A stretch of 64,000 nt of DNA, taken from an uncultured Candidatus Rokubacteria bacterium (GTDB lineage: Bacteria; Methylomirabilota; Methylomirabilia; Rokubacteriales; CSP1-6). Position numbers and translations under genes: made by a program. The notes beneath the pieces are model-generated. The model saw only the letters and a list, made by a program, of their open reading frames with translations, made no database searches and was not told the origin of the DNA. How positions within the stretch are numbered: the stretch's first letter is position 1; each line of letters begins with the position of its first letter. This document shows, in pieces, positions 52,606 to 62,076 of the stretch. The stretch lies in NCBI GenBank assembly GCA_963758635.1, contig CAVWWD010000004.1, forward strand, positions 32,001-96,000, given 5' to 3'.

Positions 52606-53373
52606 ATGCGCGCGAACACGACGAAGGCGAAGCTGGCCGAGGGCAAGGTGGTCTTCGGCGCCATCATCAGCCGGCACGCGCCGGACATGGTGGAGCTGCT
52701 CGGCGCCATCGGCTACGACTTCGTCATGATCGACTGCGAGCACGGCCCGATGAGCCTGGACGAGGTCGAGCACATGGTGCGGGCCGCCGAGTCCTTCGGC
52801 ATCACCCCGATCACGCGGATCCCGAACCACGAGGACTCGACGATCCTCCGCTACGTCGACCGGGGCGTGCAGGGGATCATCGTGCCGCACGTCAACACCC
52901 GCGAGGCGGCGGTGTCGGTGGCGAAGGCGGCGCGCTACCACCCCGAGGGCCACCGGGGCATGGCGGGCGGGCGTCCCCACGACTACGGCGTGGGCGTGAC
53001 GCGCGACGAGTCCACCCGCTGGCTCAACTCGCAGCTCCTGGTGATTCCCATGATCGAGGAGACCGAGGCGGTGGCGAACCTGGACGCGATCCTCACCGTG
53101 CCCGGCGTGGACGTGCTCCACGTGGCCTCCGGCGACCTCGGGCAGAGCATGGGCAACCCGGGCCCGGCCGCGGTCCGCCAGCTCATGCGCCAGGTGATTC
53201 CTCGCATCCGGGCGGGGGGCAAGCTGGTGGGTGTGGGCGGCAACGCCCCGTCCGACGCGGCCGGCGTCGCCGAGTTCATCAAGCTCGGCGCCAACCTCGT
53301 CACGATCTCGGCGCTGGGCCTGCTGCGCCTCGGCGCGGAGGACTTCCGCCAGCGGGTCCAGGCGGCCCTCTGA
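52606..53373 (+). CDS. HpcH/HpaI aldolase family
   Basis: IDCEHG, YHPEGHRG, MIE..EAV.NLDAI. Confidence 0.9.
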   Translation: MRANTTKAKLAEGKVVFGAIISRHAPDMVELLGAIGYDFVMIDCEHGPMSLDEVEHMVRAAESFGITPITRIPNHEDSTILRYVDRGVQGIIVPHVNTREAAVSVAKAARYHPEGHRGMAGGRPHDYGVGVTRDESTRWLNSQLLVIPMIEETEAVANLDAILTVPGVDVLHVASGDLGQSMGNPGPAAVRQLMRQVIPRIRAGGKLVGVGGNAPSDAAGVAEFIKLGANLVTISALGLLRLGAEDFRQRVQAAL

Positions 53374-53396
53374 ACAGCGCGCGTCGCCCCCAGTGC

Positions 53397-53969
53397 GTGG
53401 TGATTGCCGGGCCCAACGGATCGGGCAAGACCTCGGCGGCCCCGGGGCTTCTGCGTGATACCGTCGGCATCGAGGTATTTGTGAACGCGGACGTCATCGC
53501 CCAGGGGCTGGCGGGCTTTCACCCGCAATCGGTAGCCTTCGAGGCGGGCCGCATCATGCTGCGGCGCATCGCGGACCTCGTTCGCGCTCGAGCCGACCTT
53601 GCCTTTGAGAGCACGCTCGCGGGGCGCTCGGTGGCCGGGCTTCTGAGGCGCGTCATCCGAGATGGCTATGATGTCCACATCTTCTATCTGTGGCTTCCGT
53701 CGGCTGACCTCGCGCTGGCGAGGGTTCGCCGCAGGGTCGAGGAAGGCGGACATGACGTGGCAGAGGCTATCGTGCGACGTCGGTTCAAGAAAAGTCTCGT
53801 CAACTTCGATCGGCTGTACCGTCCGATTGCGACGACATGGCGCTTGTACGACGGCAGCGCGCCAGGAGGGCAGGCCATAGTCGCCCACGGCGCCGGGACG
53901 AGAGGGCCGACCATCGTCGAGGCGACGGCGTGGCGGGAGGTCGAGCAGCAGATGCGGGAGGCCGGATGA
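53397..53969 (+). CDS. Zeta-toxin-like P-loop protein (start uncertain)
   Basis: AGPNGSGKT, FVNADVIA, FESTLAG, RV..RV..GGH. Confidence 0.85.
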   Translation: MVIAGPNGSGKTSAAPGLLRDTVGIEVFVNADVIAQGLAGFHPQSVAFEAGRIMLRRIADLVRARADLAFESTLAGRSVAGLLRRVIRDGYDVHIFYLWLPSADLALARVRRRVEEGGHDVAEAIVRRRFKKSLVNFDRLYRPIATTWRLYDGSAPGGQAIVAHGAGTRGPTIVEATAWREVEQQMREAG

Positions 53970-54178
53970 ACCGGGGATCAAGACGCGATCCGGCGGAGGT
54001 GCTTCGCGACGGCGAGGCGATCGATCGAGCGATCGTCCGCGCCCACCGGGACGTGGTGCTGCGGCACCGGAAGCTCGGGCTGCCGCTGGTGATCTGGCGC
54101 GACGGGAAAGTCGTCGAGGTGTCGGCCGATAGCATCGACCTGCCTTCGGACGACGCACCGGAGACACGCGAGCCTTGA
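53966..54178 (+). CDS. Small partner protein of the zeta-like gene (putative antitoxin)
   Basis: ATGA overlap; HRKLGLPLVIWRDGKVVEV. Confidence 0.7.
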   Translation: MNRGSRRDPAEVLRDGEAIDRAIVRAHRDVVLRHRKLGLPLVIWRDGKVVEVSADSIDLPSDDAPETREP

Positions 54179-54258
54179 CGAGGCGCGCCGGCGGAGCCTA
54201 GCCTTGCGGAAACGATGCGCGCGGCGAGGCCGGGTGGTGGCTCGCCGGGGAGGACGAC

Positions 54259-55570
54259 ATGGCTGACACGTTCGGTGGGGGCGCCACGCACGCGACGCGG
54301 CACGTCAACGGGAGCGCCCAGGCCGCCAGCGGCGCCATCCCGAAGCTCAGCGGCGACATCCGGCCCCTCATCCCGAAGCTCGGCCTGCGCGAGTACTGGT
54401 ATCCCGCGCTGCCCGACCGCGAGGTCGGCGCGCGCAAGCCCGCGAAGGTCAGCCTGCTCGGCGACGACGTTCTGCCTGTTCCGCGGCGCCACCGGCAGCG
54501 TGGCGGCCATCCAGGACGTCTGTCCGCATCGCGGCGCGCGGCTCAGCGAGGGTGACTGCCACTACCGCGGCACCGTAGCGTGCCCGTACCACGGCTGGGT
54601 CTACGACGAGTCGGGCAAGAACGTGGCCGTGCTGTCGGAGGGCCCCGACTCCGGTGTCTGCGGGAAGCCCGGCACGGAGGCCCGCGTCTACCCGACCCGC
54701 ACGCTGAAGGGCATGGTCTTCGTGTGGATGGGGGAAGGCGAGCCCGCGCCCATCGAGGAGGACGTGCCCGAGGAGTTCTTCGACGACGAGGCCCTCGTGC
54801 TGCTCGGCAAGGTCTACTGGAAGTGCAACTGGGAAGTGGCCCTCGAGAACTCGATGGATTCCCACGTGAACTACGTGCACCGGAACGCGTTCGTCGTGGC
54901 GCGCGGCGGGTTCATCTCGCGCGGCGCGCAGGGCGAGCACCCGATCTTCGTCGGCAACGGCTTCGGCGGCGACGTGGCCGAGAGCAACTACATGCGCAAG
55001 AACCCGCGCTTCGACGTGTACCCGAACGGCTGGCGCTGGCCCAAGACCGAGTACCGGCGCTACTGGACGTGGCTGTTCCGGCCGTTCGTCGAGCGCGCGC
55101 GCCGGCAGATCCCGCCGCCGCGCACGGCGCGCTGGTGCGGGGGACACCACCTGCCAGGCATGTTCCGGGCCGAGTTCGCCTACGACCTCTACACGCGCAT
55201 GTGCGTGCCGGTGGAGGAGCACCTGACGCGCGTCTGGTACTACCACACGCTGCGGCCGACGGGGCCGATCCAGCGAGCGTGGCGGCGCTTCCTCTACGCC
55301 GCGCTGCATCGCTGGATCATCGAGTACAACTTCTCGCGCCAGGACGAGCGCGTGATGCTGAACCAGCGCTACGACACGCCGGAGAAGCTCTCGGGCACCG
55401 ACGCCGAGGTGATCCAGTGGCGGCGGCTGGTGGTCACCAAGCACTTCGGCGGCCGCGACGCGCCCTTCGAGTACCGGAACCCCGATGGGTTCGAGCCCGA
55501 CCAGGTGCCGCTCGAGCGCGTGTCGGTGCGCTACCTCCAGGAGCAGCAGCGCGCGAAGTCGAGGGCCTGA
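54259..55570 (+). CDS. Rieske oxygenase alpha subunit (CarAa/OxoO-like; frameshift ~54470)
   Basis: LGLREYWYPA, CPHRGA..CPYHG, ENSMDSH..YVH. Confidence 0.85.
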
Positions 55571-55571
55571 G

Positions 55572-56711
55572 GTGGCGAGCCTGAGGGGGCACGGGCAGGC
55601 TCGGCCGGGGTACCCGCGGCCGATCACCCGGCGCGCGCTGCTCGGGACGGCGGTCCTCGCCGGCGCGGCGGCCGTCGCCCGCCCGGCGCGCGCGGCCGCG
55701 CCCTCGCCCGCGTGGAAGGACCTCGTTCCCGCGGCCAAGCGCGAGGGGAAGATCGTGGTCAATACCTTCCCGGGCGATGGGTACGGCCGCGCCCTGAAGG
55801 CGTTCACCCAGGCCTACCCCGAGATCAAGCTCGAGCACACCAGCATGCACTCCCAGGACTTCGCCCCGCGCATCCTCCAGGAGCGCAAGGCGAACCTCTT
55901 CACCTGGGACGTGGTGATGATTCCCACGAGCACGGCGCTCCAGGTGCTGCGGCCGGCGGGGGTCTGGGACCCGGTGCGTCCGGTCATCGTGCTGCCCGAG
56001 GCCAAGGACGACGCGGGATGGGACGGCGGCTTCGAGCGCGGCTTCTCGGTCGTCAAGGACCGCGAGCTCTCGTACGGGTTCATCGCCAACCGCGGGGGCG
56101 GCGTCACCATCAACACCGACCTCGTCAAGGAGGACCAGCTCCGGAGCTTCAAGGACCTCCTGGACCCGCGGTGGAAGGGCAAGGTCCTGCTGCCCGACGT
56201 GCGCGTGATGGGCGACACGTTCTGGCCCATGACCGCCGCGCGCCTCAGCATGGGCGACGACATCATCAAGCGTCTCTTCGTCGACCAGGAGCCGGTGCTG
56301 AGCCGGGACACGCGCCAGGTGGCCGACTTCATGGTGCGCGGCCGCTTCCCGATCGCGATGGGCGTCAACCCGGTGCTGCTCAGCCAGTTCCGGCGTCAAG
56401 GACTGGGCGGCAACCTCAAGCTCCTCCGTTACCCCGAGATCGACACCGTGAACTACAGCACGACGATCTGGCTGGTGAACAAGGCCCCGCACCCCGCGGC
56501 GGCCGCCGTGTTCATCAACTGGCTGCTCACGCGCGAGGCGCAGGTCCACTGGGCGCGCGAGGTGGAGACGAACAGCCGGCGCGCCGGCGTCGAGCCGGGC
56601 AACCCGGAGTTCGTGGTGCCGAAGGGCGCGCGCTTCTATCAGGTGGATGCCGAGGAGAACCTGCCCGAGGTGATCAAGACGCAGGACATCGCGAAGACGG
56701 TGATCAAGTAG
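55572..56711 (+). CDS. Tat-exported Fe3+/thiamine-type ABC substrate-binding protein
   Basis: TRRALLG, AAKREG, DLLDPRWKGK, APHPAAA..FINWLL. Confidence 0.85.
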   Translation: MASLRGHGQARPGYPRPITRRALLGTAVLAGAAAVARPARAAAPSPAWKDLVPAAKREGKIVVNTFPGDGYGRALKAFTQAYPEIKLEHTSMHSQDFAPRILQERKANLFTWDVVMIPTSTALQVLRPAGVWDPVRPVIVLPEAKDDAGWDGGFERGFSVVKDRELSYGFIANRGGGVTINTDLVKEDQLRSFKDLLDPRWKGKVLLPDVRVMGDTFWPMTAARLSMGDDIIKRLFVDQEPVLSRDTRQVADFMVRGRFPIAMGVNPVLLSQFRRQGLGGNLKLLRYPEIDTVNYSTTIWLVNKAPHPAAAAVFINWLLTREAQVHWAREVETNSRRAGVEPGNPEFVVPKGARFYQVDAEENLPEVIKTQDIAKTVIK

Positions 56712-56719
56712 GGAGACCA

Positions 56720-57113
56720 ATGTCCGGAACGCTCATCGAGTACGCCGACGCGAGCCCGGAGGTCCGGGCCGTCTACGACGACATCATGAAGACCCGCGGC
56801 ACCGACTGGATCAACAACTTCTGGAAGGCGCTCGCCCACCACCCGCCGACGCTCGAGCGGACCTGGGAGTCGATCAAGGCCGTGATGGCCCCCGGCGCCC
56901 TCGACGCGCGGACGAAGGAGATGGTCTACCTCGCGGTGAGCGCGGCCAACGGCTGCGAGTACTGCATCGCCTCCCACACCGCGGGCGCGCGCAAGGCCGG
57001 CATGACCGAGGCCATGCGCGGCGAGCTGCTCGCGGTGGTCGGCATGGCCTGCGAGACCAATTCGCCTCGCCAACGCCTACCGCGTGCCGGTCGACGAGCG
57101 GTTCCGGTCCTGA
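56720..57113 (+). CDS. AhpD/carboxymuconolactone decarboxylase family protein, CxxC (frameshift ~57060)
   Basis: INNFWKALA, VSAANGCEYCIASH; repaired end RLANAYRVPVDERFRS*. Confidence 0.85.
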
Positions 57114-57140
57114 AGCGCCTCGCTCACCGAGCGAGGTCGG

Positions 57141-57701
57141 TCACGGCTTCCAGAAGCCCTGCGACGGGATCCGGAACGCCCGATTGAAGCGCGACGAGGC
57201 GTTCTCCCACGCGATGATCATCGTCAGCTCCGCGATGGTGTCGTCGTCGAAGTGCCGCTGCAGGCGCGCGAACAGCTCGTCGTCAACGTCGCGGCGCGTG
57301 TCGGTCATCGCGTCGGCGTATTCGAGCGCCATCTTCTCCGCATCGGTGAAGAGCGAGCTTCTGGCGTAGTCGGCGAGCGCCTCGATCTTCTCGGTCGAGA
57401 CACCGTTTCGGCTGCCCACGGCAGCGTTGACGTCCTGTCAGAACTCGCAGCCGTTCCACGAGGCCACGCGCCGATTGACGAGCGCCCGGAGGGTCACGGG
57501 CACCCGCAGGGCCTCGTGCGAGAGGGCGGCCCACATCGCCTTCGCCGCGCGGAAGTACGCCGGGTGGCGCGCGTAGAACAGGTACGGATAGAGCGGCTCA
57601 CCGCGGAGCTTCGTCTGTTCCTCGAGCGTTTCGCGCAGGTCGTCCGGGAGCGTTTCGGGGTCGACCGGCGGGATGCGCGTCTTCCCTTCCAGCATGGTCA
57701 T
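57141..57701 (-). CDS. AhpD/CMD-like probable selenoprotein, CxxU (Sec at TGA 57440-57438)
   Basis: VASWNGCEF-TGA-QDVNAAVG joins two in-frame track ORFs; GGAGGAG RBS; start 57701 or 57695. Confidence 0.85.
57399..57434 (-). promoter_or_regulatory. SECIS-like hairpin
   Basis: GACGTC-AAC-GCTGCC-GTG-GGCAGC-CGAAAC-GGTGTC starting 3 nt after the TGA. Confidence 0.7.
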
Positions 57702-57824
57702 CTCCTCCACGTCGGCTCGGCGGCGTCCCCCGCGCGGCCACGAGGCCTCTCCGACGCGCGGCACGCCGCCAGGTTGATCATGCCGTGATTCTACATTCGC
57801 AAGGATGGGACGGGCCGGCGCGCA

Positions 57825-57842
57825 CTTCGACGGTGATCGAAG
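57825..57842. promoter_or_regulatory. Palindromic operator candidate
   Basis: CTTCGA-N6-TCGAAG between the ArsR gene and a TAGAAT -10 (57793-57788). Confidence 0.55.
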
Positions 57843-57869
57843 CGTCCGGCGACGCCCTCGGCGACGCGA

Positions 57870-58586
57870 CTACCGTGTCCGGCGGCGGCCTGGCTCGGAC
57901 GTGTCGATACCGAAGGTGTCCCGGAAGCCCCGGCGGCCCAGCGGGGTGACGACGACGGCGTGGCTGCCGGTCACCCGCTCCATCCAGCCGAGGTCGAAGC
58001 AGCGCCGGGTGATCGCGGCCCCGACGGTCCCCGCGATGTGGGGGCGTCGCTCCGTCCAGTCGAGGCAGAGGCGGCACGAGCGCCGTCGGGTCGAGCGCGC
58101 CGTGGGCAGCGGGATCCCGAATGCGGTGAGAAAGCGCGTGCCGGCTCTCGTGATGTCGGCGGCTTCGTCGCCGTCGAGCACGACGTACTCGCGGGCGACC
58201 AGGGCGTCGGTGAGGTCGACGCTGAGGCGGCCCGCCAGGTGGTCATAGCAGATCCGGGCCGCGCTGAGCGCGCGCGCCTGACGGGACAGCGGCGGGTACC
58301 GAGGTCGCCTCGCGAGCGCGACGGCGACGATCCCGTCGATCATGTTCGCCACTGCCGGCGAGGCGAGCCGGAAGTGGCGATGCCGGCCCGTCCGGAGGGC
58401 CGAGAGCAGGCCGGCCTCGGTCAGCTTCGCCAGATGGGCGCTGGCGGTCTGAGGCGTGATACGCGCGACACGGGCGAGCTCGCTCGCGCTCATGTCGCGG
58501 CCGTCGAGGAGCGCCGATACGATCGTGGCCCGCGCGGGGTCTCCGACGAGAGCGGCGATCTCGGCGATGATGGGGCCGGTGATCAT
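57870..58586 (-). CDS. ArsR/SmtB-family regulator with Cys-containing C-terminal domain
   Basis: GDPARA, TASAHLAKL, CYDHLAG, CLDWTERRPH. Confidence 0.9.
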   Translation of the reverse strand: MITGPIIAEIAALVGDPARATIVSALLDGRDMSASELARVARITPQTASAHLAKLTEAGLLSALRTGRHRHFRLASPAVANMIDGIVAVALARRPRYPPLSRQARALSAARICYDHLAGRLSVDLTDALVAREYVVLDGDEAADITRAGTRFLTAFGIPLPTARSTRRRSCRLCLDWTERRPHIAGTVGAAITRRCFDLGWMERVTGSHAVVVTPLGRRGFRDTFGIDTSEPGRRRTR

Positions 58587-59323
58587 CGGTGACAACGTCC
58601 GCCGGGCTGAGCCATTGGATGCAGCACGTCGAGCGCGTAGCCCAGGTCGAGCCGCTCCCCGTCCCATTCGGGGCACGTCGTCCGCGCGTCGAGTCGCAGG
58701 CCGTCCGCCTCGCTCCGCTCGCGTAGCGCGCCCACCGGATCCGTCGGCACCGGCGGGGGCGGTGGCAGGTCCGGGATGACGTGGCCGTCCGGGCGCCTGA
58801 ACCGAAGTGTCCCGTCCTGGCCGCGCTCGACCTGAAAGCCCTCTTCATGGACCGCGCGGTGGTGGCGCCGGCACAAGAGCGCGAGGTTCGACAGCGTGGT
58901 GGGTCCGCCCTGCGCCCAGTGCCGGATGTGATGGCCCTGCGTGTGGCGCCCGCGGCAGCCCGGGAAGCGGCAGCCATGGTCCCGTTGCTGAAGGGCACGC
59001 CGGAGGGCCGGCGGGATGGTCCGCGTCCGGGCCCCGACCTCGGTGACGCGCCCGTCGGCGTCGTGCCGCATGACCACGCGGGTGGCGTCGCAGGCGAGGC
59101 GCTGCGACGTTCCCGCGGGAACGTGCTGGCCGCCTTCCTCGAGGACGGACTGCCCGGGCTGGGAGGCATCGGCCAGCACCGGCGCATCGACGTGAACGAC
59201 GACCTGGTAGCGCTCCGCCGGCGCGCCGGGATCGAGGCCGTGGTGAAGGGCGACCTCGGCGAGGAGACCGAGCGCATCGGCCTGCTGCTGCTCCATGGAC
59301 GGGGCCTCCACGGTCTCGTTCAT
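58583..59323 (-). pseudogene. 5'-truncated DUF222/HNH endonuclease
   Basis: RLACDA, RDHGCRFPGC, HHIRHWAQGG..NL.LLCRRHH; N-terminal DUF222 part missing. Confidence 0.8.
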
Positions 59324-59570
59324 GAACCCCACGGCGGGTGTCGCAGCCCGCCGCCGCTGGTAGCTACACCCCGAATATCGAGCCACCTGCACGCCTCGCC
59401 GACGCGTCGCAACGGGCCGGGAATGATTTTCGCCGGCACTCACCTCTGCGGCGTCGCGGTGCTCCGACGCTGCCCGCTCGGCGGCTATTTGGGAGCCTCC
59501 GGCCGCCTCTAGGGACGGCCTGTTCAAAGACCCGTCAAGTGAGAAGTTGAGGCGATCCAGGCGGCCGGAT

Positions 59571-59620
59571 TGCTAACTTCCGAATGGAGCTGACCGCGGC
59601 TCGCTGCGCTCGCCTCGGCA
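59571..59620 (+). mobile_element. Partial attC (left half)
   Basis: TGCTAAC-TTCCGA-ATGGAGCTGAC-CGCGG-CTCGCTGCGCTCG; right half degenerate. Confidence 0.45.
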
Positions 59621-59662
59621 CCGGATCCGTGCATTCCGGTGGAGCGGTCGCACTCGTCGGTA

Positions 59663-60785
59663 CTACCGGATGAGCTGCTTGGCGATGTCCTGGGTCTTCA
59701 CCAGCTCCGGCAGCATCTCCTCCGAGTCGATCTGCGTGAGGCTCACGCCCGCCGGGACCACGGTGTGCGGATCGCCGGGCTCGACGCCCGTGAAGCGGCT
59801 GTTGGTCTGGAGCTCCTTGGCCCACGCGGCCTGGGCCTCGCGCGTGAGCAGCCAGTTGATGAAGACGCGCGCGGCGTTGGGATGCGGCGCCCGGTTCATC
59901 AGCCACACGAGGCTGCCGGACGCCTGGTAGTCCATCTCGGGCAGGAGCTGGGTCTTCACGTCCTTGCCCACGCCGTGGCCCTGGAAGTCCTGGAGGGCCA
60001 GGACGTTGAGGCCGATGGCGATCGGGTACCGCCCGCGCACCATGAACTCGGTGAGCTGGTTGCGATCGCGGCTCAGCACCGGCTCCTGGTCCACGAGGAG
60101 CTGCTTCATGACCCCGTCGCCCAGCTTCAGGCGGGCCGGGGTGAGCGGCCAGAACGTCGAGCCGATCACGCGGGGATCGGAGATCGCGATCTTGCCCTTC
60201 CACTTCGGGGCGAGCAGGTCCCGGAAGCTCTTGAGCTCGCCGTCCTTCACCTGCTCGGTGTTCACGAACACGCCGACCGCGCGCACCAGGGTGAACGCGT
60301 AGGCGAGGCGCCGCTCCTTGTCGAGGAAGCCCGCCTCGAAGCCGCCGCGCCAGCTCGCGTCCTTCCGCGCCTCGGGCGCGATGATGGCCGGCCGCACCGG
60401 GTCGAACACGCCGGCTGGCTTCATCACCTGGAGCGCGGTGCTGGTCGGGATCGTGGTCACGTCCCACGTGTAGACGCCGGCCTTTCGCTCCTGGATGACG
60501 CGGGGGGCGAAGTCCGCGGACTCGAGGTTGGTGTGGTCGAGCTTGATCTCCGGATACGCCTGGCTGAAGAGCTTGAACACGCGCGCCGTAGCCCTGGCCG
60601 GTGAACGTGTTGACCGCGACCTTGCCCTCCTTCTTGGCCGCGGCCACCGTCTGCTCCCACTCCGCGGTCGCGCCCTGCGCCCGCGCGCGCCCGGCCGCCA
60701 TGGCGATCGCGGCGCCGGCGCCGAGGCTCCGGAGCGCCGCGCGCCGCGACATCGATTCTCGCTCGCCCATCCCGTGTCCTCCCAT
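59663..60785 (-). CDS. Tat-exported ABC substrate-binding protein, paralog of 55572-56711 (frameshift ~60585)
   Basis: SRRAAL, AAKKEG, shared motifs YPEIKL, DQEPVLSRD, KTQDIAK. Confidence 0.85.
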
Positions 60786-60865
60786 CTCGTTCGCGTCGTT
60801 CGTGCCGCGTCTCGGGGAGCCTATCAGATTGACCCCCAGGGGGACGCCGAGTACTTTACGCCCCG

Positions 60866-62033
60866 ATGAGTCGTGGGGAGTCGGCAGCGCCGGGCGTCGC
60901 GGACCGCGAGACGGTCCTCCGTCTCGCCGGGGTCAGCAAGCTCTACGGCGGCGTCCGGGCCGTGGACGGCGCGTCGCTCGAGGTGCGCCGCGGTGAGGTG
61001 TTCACCCTGCTCGGCCCGTGGGGCTGCGGCAAGACCACCACGCTGCGCCTCGTGGCCGGCCTCGAGCATCCCGACGGCGGCGAGATCACGCTGCGCGGCC
61101 GCGTGGTGGCGGCGGCGGCGCCGCGGCGGTTCGTGCCGCCCCACAAGCGCAACCTCGGCATGGTCTTCCAGTCCTACGCGATCTGGCCGCACATGACCGT
61201 GTTCGACAACGTGGCGTACCCGCTGCGTCTCCGGGGCGAGAAGGCCGCGGTGATCCGCGACCGGGTGGAGCGCGTGCTCGAGCTGGTCGGCCTCGCGGGG
61301 CTCGAGACGCGTTCCGCCACGCTGCTCAGCGGGGGGCAGATGCAGCGCCTGGCCCTCTGCCGCGCGCTCGTCTACGAGCCCGACCTGCTCCTGCTCGACG
61401 AGCCGTTCAGCAACCTCGACGCCAAGCTCCGCGAGCAGATGCGCGTGGAGCTCCGGCTCCTGCAGCGGCGGCTGGGCGTCACCGTGCTCTTCGTGACCCA
61501 CGACCAGATCGAGGCGCTGAGCCTCTCCGACCAGATCGCGGTGATGCGGGGCGGCCGCGTGGAGGAGGTGGGCTCCCCGCGGAGCCTCTACGAGCAGCCG
61601 GTGTCGGCGTTCGTGCGCGATTTCCTGGGGCAGACCGTGGTCCTCCGCGGCCGCGTGGCGGCGCGGCGCGCGAGGCGGCGCGGCGCGCGATGCCGGCGCC
61701 GTCACCGTGGCGATGGAGGGCGCGCTGGCCGGCCGCGCGCTGACCGGCCGCGCCGCCGCGGACGCGCGCCTGGCGCCCGGCGCGGCCGCCCACGTGGCGA
61801 TCCGGCCGGAGGACATCGTGGTGAGCCCGGAGGACCGCGCCGCAGCCGACGGCAACGCGCTCGACGGCACGATCGAGGCCCTGCTCTTCGTCGGCGATCG
61901 CTACGAGGCGCGCGTGACCCTCGGCGGCGACCAGCGCATCCTGTTGCTCCTGCCGCGCGCGGCCGACTGGCGGGAAGGCCAGCGGCTCCGGCTCGGCTTT
62001 CCGCCGGACGCGGTCAGCGTGTGGCCGTCGTGA
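60866..62033 (+). CDS. Fe3+/polyamine-type ABC ATPase with TOBE domain (frameshift ~61670)
   Basis: GCGKTT, VFQSYAIWPH, LSGGQ, LLDEP, VTHDQ. Confidence 0.9.
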
Positions 62034-62076
62034 CGGCGCGGCACGGCGGGTGCCGCGTCGGGGTGGGGGAGGCCCG

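Noticed and set aside
61012..61040. Walker A variant GPWGCGKT
   Set aside because: One base from the usual GPSGCGKT; may be an error and does not alter invariant residues.
8860..61700. About 20 frameshifts as programmed frameshifting or mass pseudogenisation
   Set aside because: Isolated single-base indels in otherwise intact genes with no shared slippery motif; typical of long-read consensus error. Read polishing would decide.
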